This document shows, piece after piece, positions 28,396 to 41,147 of a DNA stretch of 64,000 nt; position 1 is the first letter of the stretch; every line of letters starts with the position of its first letter. The DNA is from Patellaria atrata CBS 101060 (Eukaryota): positions 1 to 64,000 of the forward strand of contig MU006117.1 of assembly GCA_010093705.1 (NCBI GenBank). The letters run 5' to 3'. The notes below the pieces were generated by a model. It did not search any database. It was not told where the DNA came from and saw nothing but the letters and a program-made list of their open reading frames with translations. The translations under genes and the position numbers were made by a program.

Positions 28396-31300
28396 ATCGA
28401 GGAACTTGAGGCTTTGGAGCGAGCAGCCGAAGGGCAGCGAGCTTCCTCGGTCGCTCCTTCTTCCTCCGCTGTCGTGTCTCCCTCTGGTTAGTCTGGTTTG
28501 GATTTTTCTGCCCTCGAGGGTCTGGAATTCCCTGGTTTTGGCGATGAAACTGTTCAAGTTTCTAATCGCAATTCGTCAAGTGTTTGAGTGGTTCCCACGT
28601 GTTATCTACGTGTTCGTAGCCTTTCCATTTTACTAAATACTTGTACTGACTATCCACTCGTTGTAGGTCTAAGATTCGTTCTACCTCGTAGATATCTTCT
28701 TCCTCGAGTTCTATGGGTCGTGTTTGGAGTTTGGCATTAGCAGGTGCTAGTTCTAGGAGTGATACGTGGAAAACTGGGTGTATCTTCATTCCTTATGGTA
28801 ATTCCAACTCATAATTGACTTTTCCTTTAACCTGTTTGATTCTAAAGGGGCCGATTTTCTTGTGGTCTAGTTTCTTGTTAGGTCTTTTTGTTTTGAGGTT
28901 TTTCTATAACAAGTAAACTTTGTCCCCCCTTTTAAAGGTCGGTTCCAGCGACCTATGCTGATTACTATACTTCGCAGCCCTTATCGTCTGGAAAGCTATG
29001 TCTCGTGATAGCTGTGCGTGCAATTCCTTAATTTGCTCGACTTTTAATGTTGCTTCTTATGAAATACTTTGAACCGTTCTCGGCTCTCGATATGCTTCTG
29101 GTTCAAAACCATAGTTCGCATAGAAGGGTGAAACCTTCGTGGTATCGGATTTCGCGCTATTATGTGCGAATTGTGCTATTAGTAGCAGCTCTACCCAGTT
29201 ATTTTGCTGGTAATTCACATAATTGCGTAAGTATTGCTCTAGAGATTGATTTATTCTCTTAGTTTAGCCATCTGTTTATGGGTGGAAGCTCGTTGATAGC
29301 TTATGGTTTACCCCTAGACTTTATACTAGAGTTTGCCAAAACGCTGATTTGAACAGTTTATCTCTATCTAAGATAATCTCTCTCGGCATCTGGTGATTTG
29401 CTAGCACTGTTTTCATCACTAATGCTACTGCTTGTGGTGCTGTCATCGTCGTCTTTACTGGTATGAAGTAGGTGAACTTTGTTAGTCGCTCCACGATAAC
29501 CAATATCGCGTCATACTCTACTCCTGTTGCTGGATCTTTGGATCCTGGTAGACCTGTGATGAAGTCCATTATTATTGAGTCCCATGCTCGCTTTGGTGGC
29601 TCAATGTGTTACATCTGTCTATAAGGTGTATACTTTGCACTCTTATTCCGTGCGTAGTTATTACACTCTGAGATGACTTGCTTTACTGTACCTCTTACCC
29701 CTGGAAAGTAGTAGTTCCTTAGGATCCTTTCCAAGGTTTTGTCAATGCCTTGGTGACCATGTGCTGGTGCTTCATGGATCTCTTTGGTAAGAGTCTTTCG
29801 TAGTGTCATTAGCATATATACGAGCCCGTCGTATAGCCATGTTCCTTAAGCTGTTTATGTTACTCTAGGGTCGCTACCCTTTCGAAACTCCTCTATCATG
29901 CTGTCCTTCTGATAGGCATCACGAATTTATTGTTCTCTCGTGGATTCGATTATTAGCATTGTAGCTAATCTTGGCTAATTGTAGGTGATCGCGTTATTTT
30001 CTTTCTTCAGTACCGCGTTATATACCGGTTTTATTCCTTCTAGGTAGTCGGATCTTCTACTTATAGTATCGGCTAGTTTGTTTTCGACTCCTAGTCTATG
30101 AAATATTTTGAAGTTAAAGGATACGAGTGTTTCCGCCCACCTTACTTGTCTTCGATTCAACTTCTTTATCGTGAGGAAGTTTGTTAGGTTTTGGTGATCT
30201 AACCAAACTTTTACAGTGTACTTGGGTCCTTCAAGGTATAACCTCCACTGTTCGAATGCGTCGACAATCGCTAATAATTCCTTGTCGTGCATATCGTAGT
30301 TCAGCTCTACGGCCGTGAACTTTCGCGAATGAAAGGCTACTAGATGTAATCGTCCTTTCTCATCTAGCTGACTTATATATGCACCTAGTGCATAATTAGA
30401 TACGTTAGTCTCTAGCACTATCGGTTTCTCTAGGTCAAATATGACTAAGATAGGTGCTATAGTGAACTTCTTCTTAAGTTCGTCGAATACTTCCTATACC
30501 TTCTCTATCCAAATAAAGGTATTTTCCTTCTTTATTAACTCTGACAGCGGCGTTATTACCTTCGAGTACCCCTGGATGAACTTTCTATAGTAGTTCGCGA
30601 AACCTAAAAACGATTGTACATCTTTTACGTTTTTCGGTGTTGGCCAATCTTGGATTACGGCTATCTTTTTTAGGTCTGCTCGTATGCCTTCAGTGGTAAC
30701 GATAAAGCCTAGGAATTCCGTTTCTTTAATATGGAATTCACACTTATCTAGGTGTACTAGGAGTCTCTTTTCTCGTAGTTTCGTCAATACTTTCTTCACG
30801 TGCTCCCTATACTCTTCGAATGTTCCGTTCGTGTACACTAGCATATTATCTAGGTAAGCAGTTATAAATACGTCCAAATACTCTCTTAGTGTATAATTAA
30901 TCACTGCTTAGAACGTTGCTAGGGCGTTGGTTAAGCCGAACGGTATCACTATATATTCGTATAGTCCGAACCTCGTTCTTATGGCTGTCTTCCATTCTTC
31001 GCCTTCTTTCATTCTGATTCGATAGTAACCGTCCCGGATATCGAATTTCGTAAACCATTTTGCTCCTTATAACCTATCCTGGATTTCTAAGATCAAGGGT
31101 AATAGGTATCTATTCTTGACCGTGGCATCGTTTAGCTATCTATAGTCGATATATAATCTCAGCTTACCATTCTTCTTTGGTACAAATAGAATCGGTGAAG
31201 CTATCGGGCTTTCGCTAGGTCGTATATATCCCTTTTCTAAGTTGGTGCGGATATATTCTTCGAGTGCTTTATGTTATTCTCTTATTAACGGGTAAATTGG

Positions 31301-32034
31301 ACCGGGTCGTAGTTTCGCACCCTCCTTCAGCACTATTTCATGATCCCACGTCTAGTGATCTGGAAGTATAGTCGCTATATCTTCCTTAAATCTTTGAACT
31401 CGCTATACTCTTCGGGTATCTTAGGTTCTTCGGAAACCTTCTCGGCGTTTACTTTCCTAAGCTATACTACTCCTACGCTCTTGGGTTTATTTCTACAGAT
31501 CTTTATTATCTTGTAGTGCGAAATACGTCCTACGGATATACTAGCGTCCGTCTATTTAGTACGTCTCGTTCGCTTAACTCTATTCTTCCGTGAGGTGTCT
31601 CGGTTAATCTAGATACTTCTCGTCTTCTAGTTAATATCTAGGTTCACTATTTATAACTAGTCCATCCCTAGAATCATATCTATATCTCCTAGGTCGGTTA
31701 TAGGGATGCGCTGAGTAGTTACCTTCCCTTATACGTTGACTTCTACTAGTATAGTCCTAAAGTTGATTAGACCTCGTCTATATCCTGTTCCTTCGCCATT
31801 TCCTAGTCGCAACGGGACTGGATTTTCAAGTTTCGTGTAAGGTATACTTTTCTTTTCTACCCATCGGGGTGAGATGAACGAATCGGTGGCGCCACTATCA
31901 ACTAGCGCTGTCGTTCTCTTACCATATATGGTAACATCTACCTAAAGCGTTCTATCATTGCTTCGTAGGGTCTTAAGGAACTTAGGAGCTATACTTCTCG
32001 ATCGTTCCTATCTCGAGTGGCTTAGTAGTTTTTT
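28396..32034 (-). pseudogene. pol: C1 pol (PR-RT-RNaseH-IN-chromodomain), RIP stops
   Basis: ALVDSGATDSFIS (~31870-31910); RT (30494-30904); RNase H (29975-30418); integrase (29321-29815: HGHQGIDKT, MDFITGLP); chromodomain YEVERILD...YLVKWKGY...NTWEP (28562-28789). The frame continues into the gap. Confidence 0.93.
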
Positions 32035-34064
32035 GCATAGCCATGCGCTGGGCAACCGGGTTCTATACACTCAGTCTAGTGTAGTCTGTCGTGTCTATCG
32101 TAATACGGGCCTTTGCGGTGTTCTTCGCATTCGAGCTCTCGACACTCTCTCTTAATAATTGCGTCGTGGCTAGGGTTGCTTTTGATTCCTGCTCTCCACC
32201 TCTGTGCTATATAATAGTCACACTACATGCCTCTCATTGCGCATTGTCCGAAGTCTTGTGTATCACACTTAGTAACGTGTTCGGGTACTTCTTTATCGTT
32301 TTAGAGTACTTTTGTCTCCCACGGGAATACTTTTCCTTTATAGAACTCTTCTTCTAATCCTCTATAGTACTAGCAATCCGTGCTATGTTCGTAGTCTTCC
32401 CACGTTGTTACTATACATCCTATATGGATTAGTGTCTAATAGTGTCGCCTACACCTAAACTTGTCCGTGCAGTCGAAACTATCGTACTTTCCACAATCGC
32501 CTATTGGTGGTTTGAGTTCTTGATTCTTTTCAGTTTTTCTTGTTTCATCTTCGTGGGTTTTACATCCTTTCACCTAGCATTCGCCTTCAGGTAAGTGTAT
32601 ATAAGTAGGATCTCGATCCCTAAACTTCGCTATAGCCTTCTACTATTTATGGTATAAGTAGTTATCCTCTTTACATTGTATCCATCGAAAGGCTAAATAG
32701 TCTTCTACCCTCGGTGTAAGGTTCACTTGTTGTTCTTCGACGGTCGCGTCGGCACTGGATTCGGGTTCGATCGGTTCCCAATCTCGGAACTCTTGTTCGA
32801 GCCGTTATTGTTGTTCTATAATCCGGTACGTGAAGCTTGGTCCGTTAGATGTTTGTACTCTGATTCTCTAACCTTGATTCTGTGCTGGGCATTCTGATGC
32901 TGTGTGTGTATATATGTTTCCACACGCCTAACATTGTTGGTTGTCTAAACGTTGTCGGAGTGTTTCTTCCTCTAGCCAGTTTCCTACTGTTGGGAACGGC
33001 GTTGGTGGCCTACTCACCCCCGTCTAGTATGGTAGCGGCATTTCCTTAATCTCTTCCTCTTCAAGCGATGAGACTGGTGATGGTGGTGTTAGGTGCATGA
33101 CTCTAAGTTGTATACGTCGGTTGTGTCGCGAGGATGGTTGCGTCTTCTATGGGCAGTCTTTCTTGAAATGTCCCACTTCTCCGCATTGTAGGCATGCTCT
33201 ATTCGTAAAGCGTTCTTTTTCTTCTTAGGTGAACTGTCGTTGTTTCTTTGACTTCTTTTGTTTTGTTTGTTGTAGTCGGTCGAGGTCCATCGGGTCCCCC
33301 TAATCTTGTCTATTCGTGGCCCTTATTACCTTCTTTCTGTATCCAACCACAACATTCTTCCGTCCTCCCTTTTCCTGTCTGCGCTCATATAACCTATTAT
33401 CTATTCTAACTACTAAGGTCACTGCGTCCTGCATTGTTGTTAGTCTCTTATAATGAACCCACTCGTCCTTCACTTCTTCCTTCAAACCTTGATAGAAAGC
33501 GATCATCAGTGGTTCATCAGGCTAACCCAATGTTGATACTGCCTGCTGGAATGTAGTCGTATACTTCGAAGCTAACCCTTTCTGCCTGAGTCCTTGAAGC
33601 TTTCTTTCTGCTGCCTATTGTTCGTCAACTTCCCTAAAGACGTTCTTAAGCGTTTCTTCAAACTTTGGAAACGACTTGAAGATCTCCACCGTTTCGTCTT
33701 CCTGGTGTTCTTCACTATTCTCAAGATAGTCTCGTGCAATGGGTTCGAACCATTCCAAAGCGTCTCCTTTAAGGTACGCTGATGCATCGAGTACACGTTC
33801 ACTGTCGTCCGTTAGCCCTATTCTTTTATGATAGATCCTCACCTGGGTCAAGAATCCTCTCAGCTCGTCTCGTTTGCCATCGTATGGTGCGGGTTCTTTG
33901 ACTTTCGCGGTTCGCTTTTATGGTGAGAGCAACTATACGGTAAGTTGTTCGAGCTGGTCCCTAAGTTCTTGAACTGTCCCTTCGTTTTCGAGTTCGCTGA
34001 TGCGTTTGTACAACGCTTGGATATGTTCTTTATCCGTCTTCGTGTTGGCTGCGGCTGACGACAT
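32022..34064 (-). pseudogene. gag: C1 gag (681 codons) with CCHC knuckle and a long Cys/His-rich C-terminal extension; RIP stops
   Basis: ATG at 34064 (MSSAAANTKT), PAPYDGKRDELRGFLTQ, YLKGDALEWFEP, FYQGLKEEVKDE, DPMDLD, CLQCGEVGHFKKDC. One frame runs through to TAA at 32022. Confidence 0.9.
32028..32034 (-). other. -1 ribosomal frameshift slippery heptamer A AAA AAC at the C1 gag-pol junction
   Basis: GCA AAA AAC TAC TAA ends gag in X XXY YYZ phase; the -1 frame leads to the protease DSG motif. Confidence 0.8.
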
Positions 34065-34110
34065 CGTGTCTAGGTCTGTTATACGCTTTCCTACTGCGTG
34101 GTAGTTATAA

Positions 34111-34720
34111 TGTTACAACGGGAGTCTATACTTATCGAGACAGAACTGGATAAGCCTAGAAACGCGCCTGGCTTCTCACTTAACGTGGTCAACCACAAAG
34201 GTAGGTTTGGCAAAGTGATAGGATACGTATAACAAAGGCACTTCAAGTTGACGATACAACTTGCTGACTCCTTGACTTCGGGTAATGCTCACGATGAGAC
34301 AAGACGTACTGTATGGAAACAGTGTGACAAGTGAAGTCAAGTTTAAAACCGTAACATCCAAATCTATAGGTAAGATTGATGGTAAGAATAACTACGAAGA
34401 ATCTAAATATATGAGGGAAAGACCGTCCTTAAATATTCCCATCCTTCATAGTCAATTTGGGGTGCTCACACCCTTTTGGACGTGGTGGCCGTTCTAGACG
34501 TGGATCTCCTTCTACGTCCTTTACGTCCACTACGTCCATAACCTAGACGTCCTAGACGTGGTGGACGTGGATCCCCCCTTGCGTCCTTTGCGTCCATTGC
34601 GTCCACAGTTTCTAGTCACGTGACCCCTTGTTACTGGTTTCATCCGTGGTTCTCCCGAGTGGTGTTCCTACTTTCCCCTCACTCGTTGTCTGCATGTTCC
34701 TACAACTTGTGGCCGTAACA
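34111..34720 (-). repeat. C1 5' LTR (610 bp)
   Basis: tgttaca...gtaaca termini; internal short repeats (gacgtgg, gcgtcc) at ~34478-34607. Confidence 0.96.
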
Positions 34721-37700
34721 CTTTCCTATAAAAATTATACGTTTTCTATTATTCTAAGATATTTTTTTAGATAGTGGTTATTATTTTATAAAGAACTAGA
34801 GAGGTATTATTATTATATTTAAATTAATTAGTATCTAGGTCTATACTATAATATTTTTATCTTTTATCGTCTTTAGGTCCTCTTACTTATATAAAAATAT
34901 ATTCGCGACGACGTTTTAGACTCCGGGCCGGTACATGATTCGGAAGTGGAAATTAGATAAAGTTTCACTTTATTAGGCTTATTAAGTATTAAGTAACTAT
35001 TTTATAGTGAAGTATTTTAATACTTTATAATTAATAATTATAGTGAAAGGAACTTACTATAATCCTATTAATATACTTCTCTATTTAATTAGTACTCTTA
35101 TTACGGCTAATATCTCTTTATCGTGGATTTCGTATCTTAATTCTATTTCTAATAATATCTTTATCTAGAAGATAATCGATCTTTAGATCTTTTCGTAAAG
35201 CTAAAATAGAATTACTATAGTAATTTTATCGTTATAGTCGAATTTAACTTTTATCTCGAGTAAAGAGTTATAATACGCTAGTATTTAATTTAATAGAATT
35301 AGTTTTTTAGCTCTTTCGAATATTTCTTTTTCTTTTAGCCCGAGCGGTTACTATACTCCTTTTTAGGTCTAAACTATTAACGGTTATATTACCCGACTAA
35401 ACTTCTTAAGAAACTTTTAATAGAAGTTATAGAATTTATTAAATAATAAAATACCTTTTATATTTATAGATAACTTCTAGTTTCGAACTATCTTAATCTT
35501 TTCTAGATCTATTACTATTCTATCGATATTAATAATAAACTCTAAAAATTTAGTTTTTATTATATAAAACTCGCTCTTCTTTATATTAGTTTATAGGCCG
35601 GCTTTTACTAATACTTTTAATACTTTAGTGACGTGAATCTTATATTCTAATAGGCACGTAGAGTAGATTAAGATATCGTCAATATATACTATATAAAAGT
35701 CGTCTAAGTAATTAAAGAGTACTTTATTAATAAATTATTAGAATAAGGCCGGCCTATTATATAATTTAAATAGTAGTATCTTATATTTAAACGATCCGTA
35801 TCTCGTTTAGAATATAATAAAGTTTTTAACTATCTCTTTTATCTAAATCTAGTAGAATACTTATTTTACGTTTAATTTAGTAAAGATCTTAACTCGTTAT
35901 AATTATATTAGTATCTCTTTAATTAATAGTAACGAGTATTTATTCTTCTTTATAATACTATTTAGCTTCTAATAGTCGATATAAAATCTCTAGCTATCTC
36001 CTAACTTCTTAGCGAATAACACTAAAAACGCGTATAATACTTCGCTTAAAACGATAAACCTTTTTTTAGAGATACTCTTCTAGGTAGTCTTTCGCTAATT
36101 ATAAGTACTTAATAGATATATTATATAAAGGGCTAGTAGTGAGGTTACTATCTTAGTTTAATATTATATTATAATTTATATTTTCTCTAAACGATAGTAA
36201 TTTATCTAATACGGATTTTAAGAATACGTGAGCTAAGTAATAATACTCCTTAAGTAGCTTCTTATAGATTATTACTTTATAGGCGTCTTCGTCTTTATCT
36301 AAAGGGTCTTTATCTTCCGTAAATCGATTTTATATTAAGAAGTTAATCTTATATAAGCTTATAGCGTCTATAATAATATATTTACGCTTTATATTTTATA
36401 GATAGTTCTCTCCGCTAATTAAGTAAATATTTATATAAATCCTAATAATATTAATCTACTTACTTAGCTTCGATTTTAGCTTTTTAGAGAGTTCCGGCGT
36501 TTCTCTCTTTATTAGATTTAATAGTTTTAATTTTATCTTTTAGAGATCGGAGCTAATATTCTTAACCTATAAACTCGGTTACTTTTATTAGAATAGTTAC
36601 GGTTTCCTTTTTTAGTTAACTAATACTTTCTATCGATTATATTCTCATTTATCGATAGCTTTATCTCGTTATTTTATATCGAATTAGTGCTATAGATTAG
36701 TTTAAATTTATAGCTCGCTCTTTAAAATCACGATATCTCGTTACTAGTCTTTAATTATAGTAGCCTATTCCGGCTAAATAATTCGATAATATCTATAATT
36801 AGATAAGTTATTAGTCTTAAAGAACCACTTCTTACCTATAAATATATTATTATAGTTTATATCTATTATTATAATCGATATTAACTACCTTCGTCCTTTA
36901 ATCACGAGGCTCGCCTTAAGTATTTAGTTAATTAATACTATTTTTAAATTATTAAAGGTATTAACTTTAATCTTCTAGTCTATCTTTCTAACTTTAATTC
37001 CGAGGTATTATTTTAGAGCGGGTAGCTATCTCTTATTTAGTAGAGTATATTCTTAAACTCTAATATCAATTAAGGCTTTAAGCTATATTACGATTTCGTT
37101 CTTCGAGATTTAGTATAATATCGTGAATAGCTTTTTTAATATTAAATCGTTAATCGATATTACTAATACTTTTATTATTAGCCCTAATATAAAGTCTTTA
37201 TTTAAGATTTCTCGTTTTCTAAATTTAATTCTAAATTAGACTTTAAGTTTTAATACTCGTCTTTCTAGATTAACTTTACTTCGGTTATCTTCTTTAATCC
37301 CCGGTATTTTAACGCTTTATATCTAGCCTTACCGTAGTTAAAGTAGTTACCTATAAACTTCCGAATAGTTATAGTCTACTCCGTTATTTATAGTATTATA
37401 AGTGAGATAGTTCCTCTATTCTCTAATTAGTATAAAGTTCTATTTATTATTATTAAGATAAAAGTTATTCTAATTAATTTATTATACTTTTAACTCTCTT
37501 TATAAGTCTTACTAACTTTATCTAACCTTTCTAACTCTTATATCTATATTATAGCTTTACTATAGTACTTTTAGAAGCTAATTTCGTCGTTATCTATAAC
37601 TTCTATTATTATTAGCCTTAAACTATTATAGAGTTTATTATAGAGTTTCTCTTTCTATTAGTCGCGTAATAACTTAGCTTTATTAGCTAATTAAATAAAT

Positions 37701-38916
37701 ATAAACTAAAACTTTAAAAAGTTTATTAAATAGTTTTATCTTAACTTCTTTAATTTATCTCTAACTTTTAGTTATTTATTTAAATCTTTATAGATCTAGT
37801 TTAGAAATCTTATTAGCCTTATTAAAGTTATATTATTCTTCTTTAATTCTAAGAAAGAGTATATATATTTAGCTATCTCGCTATTAATCTATATTTTAAT
37901 ATAAATAGTCTTCGCCCTTTTATCTTAGAACTAATTATTATTAATATAGAGTTTATTATTTATCTTACTTTTTTATTTTTTATAGATTAGCTTCTTACTA
38001 TTAATTAGTTTTAGTGGATCGAGGAACTTTTTTATCTTATTATCGCCTCTACTTTTAAAGCTTTTAGTTAAGTTAACTATTTTAGCTTAGTCGTTATAAC
38101 TATATAATATTAATAGTTCTTTATTATTAAATTTATCGTTAAACTAAATACTCTTTTAATCTAATTTAAACTACTTAATCTACTTTTTTAAGTTATCGAT
38201 CTCGTTTTAAAGATATTTTATAACTTCTTCGTTCGTTTAATATACTTATAGCTTTAGCTATAAGTCGGGTATTATCTTATTAATAAGGTTTATTATTTTT
38301 CTAAGTTATATCTCTTAAGTTATAAGCTTTACTCTCGTATAGAGATACTTTATTATAAACTAATCTAGGTTTTTAGCTATCTATTTCTTCGCTCCGTCGA
38401 TTATATTAGCGTTTTAATTATCTATAATAATAGTATATTTAAAAGACTTTCCTTTTTTTATTATTTCGGGGATTTCTTTTAGTAGGTTCTATAAATCTAT
38501 TTTTAAAATATTATTAATAATTTACTAGTCGACTATTTCTAACGTTAATTTATATCGATATATTTTTCCTTTTTCTTTTAATTTAATACTACTCTCTACT
38601 TCTAAATCTATAATTAACTTATTACCTATTTACTTTATTAAGGTTACTAAAGATTTAACTATTTTATTTAATTTATTATAATATTTACTTTTTTAAATAA
38701 TTTATATTTATTAGTCTTAATCTCTTTTAAATATTAGGTTATTATTATTATCGGCGTTAATACTCTTAAACACTAAATATCTCGTTATTAGTAGAGCTTA
38801 GTTATTTATAAATCCTTAATTAGTTCGAGAATCGTTTATTAATTAGACTAATATTATACTTTAGTTAGAATATTATATCGTCTTTCTAGAAATCGTTAAA
38901 GATAAACTTAATCTAG

Positions 38917-39194
38917 TATAATAATATAATATAATTATAGTAATTATATTTTAACTATTTTTATTATTAACTATTTTTATTATTAACTATTAAATATAAA
39001 GATTAAGTTAAGAAATAATTATATTATAAATTAAATACTCGCTTATAATAGTTCTATTTTATTAAATCTTAGCCTAACTATCTTCTATTTAATTAATTAT
39101 AATTATAAGATCTCTTTTACGTCTAAATTAGCTAAGATTTCGTATAAACTCACTAAATATAGAAATAAGACTAGTATTATAATAAATCGTTATA
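38917..39194 (-). repeat. A3 5' LTR (278 bp, carries a 16-bp tandem duplication)
   Basis: Matches 25072-25333 plus a duplicated 'ttaactatttttatta'. Confidence 0.9.
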
Positions 39195-39527
39195 ATAATA
39201 TTATATTAAATTTTAAATAATAATATTATAATTTAATTAAAAGTATTAATTAATATTAAAGTCTTAAAATATATTTTATTATATAAAAAATAATTTCTAA
39301 TTTTTAAATAATACTTTAAAATTAAAATAAAAAAGGTAAAATAATATATTAATATTATAATTTTTAATAATATTATAATAATATTATTTAAAAAGATATT
39401 TAAAATAAATATTATATTTAAAAATTATTAATAATATAAATTAATATTAATAATAAATATAGATAATAATAATTTATTAATTTATTAAAAATAATTTTTA
39501 AAAATAAAAAATCTATTTAATTATTAA

Positions 39528-41147
39528 TATAATAATTTATTATAATATTAATCTTATTTTTATATTTAATAAATTTATATAAAATTTTAATTAATTTAAA
39601 TATAAAAAAAATTTTATAATTATAATTAATTAAATAGAAAATAATTAAATTAAAATTTTATAAAATAAAATTATTATAAATAAATATTTAATTTATAATA
39701 TAATTATTTTTAAATTTAATCTTTATATTTAATAATTAATAATAAAAATAATTAAAATATAATTATTATAATTATATTATATTATTATATTAAATTAAAT
39801 TCTTCTTTAATAATTTTTAAAAAGATAATATAATATTTTAATTAAAATATAATATTAATTTAATTAATAAATAATTATCGAATTAATTAAAAATTTATAA
39901 ATAATTAAACTTTATTAATAATAAAATATTTAATATTTAAAAGTATTAATATTAATAATAATAATAATTTAATATTTAAAAAAGATTAAAATTAATAAAT
40001 ATAAATTATTTAAAAAAATAAATATTATAATAAATTAAATAAAATAATTAAATTTTTAATAATTTTAATAAAATAAATAGATAATAAATTAATTATAAAT
40101 TTAAAAATAAAAAGTAATATTAAATTAAAAGAAAAAGAAAAAATATATTAATATAAATTAATATTAAAAATAATTAATTAATAAATTATTAATAATATTT
40201 TAAAAATAAATTTATATAATTTATTAAAAAAAATCTTTAAAATAATAGAAAAAGGAAAATCTTTTAAATATATTATTATTATAAATAATAAAAATATTAA
40301 TATAATTAATAAAATAAAAAAATAAATAATTAAAAGTTTAAATTAATTTATAATAAAATATTTTTATATAAAAATAAAGTTTATAATTTAAAAAATATAA
40401 TTTAAAAAAATAGTAAATTTTATTAATAAAATAATATTTAATTTATAATTAAAACTATAAATATATTAAATAAATAAAGAAATTATTAAATATTTTTAAA
40501 ATAAAATTAATAATTTAAAAAGATAAATTAAATAATTTAAATTAAATTAAAAAAATATTTAATTAAATAATAAATTTAGTAATAAAGAATTATTAATATT
40601 ATATAATTATAATAATTAAGTTAAAATAATCGATTTAATTAAAAGCTTTAAAAGTAAAAATAATAATAAAATAAAAAAGTTTCCTAATTTATTAAAATTA
40701 ATTAATAATAAAAAGTTAATTTATAAAAAATAAAAAAGTAAAATAAATAATAAATTTTATATTAATAATAATTAATTTTAAAATAAAAAAAATAAAAACT
40801 ATTTATATTAAAATATAAATTAATAATTAAATAATTAAATATATATACTTTTTCTTAAAATTAAAGAAAGATAATATAATTTTAATAAAATTAATAAGAT
40901 TTTTAAATTAAATTTATAAAAATCTAAATAAATAATTAAAAGTTAAAGATAAATTAAAGAAATTAAGATAAAATTATTTAATAAAATTTTTAAAATTTTA
41001 GTTTATATTTATTTAGTTAATTAATAAAGCTAAATTATTATATAATTAATAAAAAGAGAAACTTTATAATAAATTTTATAATAATTTAAAGTTAATAATA
41101 ATAAAAGTTATAAATAATAACGAAATTAGCTTTTAAAAATATTATAA
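39528..41147 (+). mobile_element. Family A' copy A4: 5' LTR (39528-39789) plus 5' part of gag, extremely RIPed, interrupted by C2
   Basis: Aligns to A2 13254-~14610 through transitions; ends at 'cgaaattagcttttaaaaatattata'. Confidence 0.85.

Larger units (their letters stand above)
27337..34720 (-). mobile_element. Gypsy/chromovirus family C copy C1, full length (~7.4 kb), lightly RIPed, perfect TSD ctttc
   Basis: ctttc at 27332-27336 and 34721-34725; LTR termini tgttac...gtaaca; gag, protease (ALVDSGA), RT, RNase H, integrase and chromodomain ORF fragments on the minus strand. Confidence 0.97.
25072..39194 (-). mobile_element. Gypsy family A variant copy A3 (A' LTR), full length, interrupted by C1; TSD ataat
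   Basis: LTRs at 25072-25333 and 38917-39194; PPT (reverse complement 'ttacctcccctct') at 25334-25346; RT YIDD at ~35675; ataat at 25067-25071 and 39195-39199. Sequence on either side of C1 is collinear with A1 1600-1660. Confidence 0.94.

Noticed and set aside
27469..28636. Long ORFs of 326-362 aa (and similar ones at 1087-1730 and 63564-63938)
   Set aside because: Artefacts of reading through N gaps.
34176..34497. Small ORFs repeated at 27402-27587 and related ones at 50407-50966
   Set aside because: Chance frames inside family C LTR copies; not conserved as ORFs among the LTR variants.
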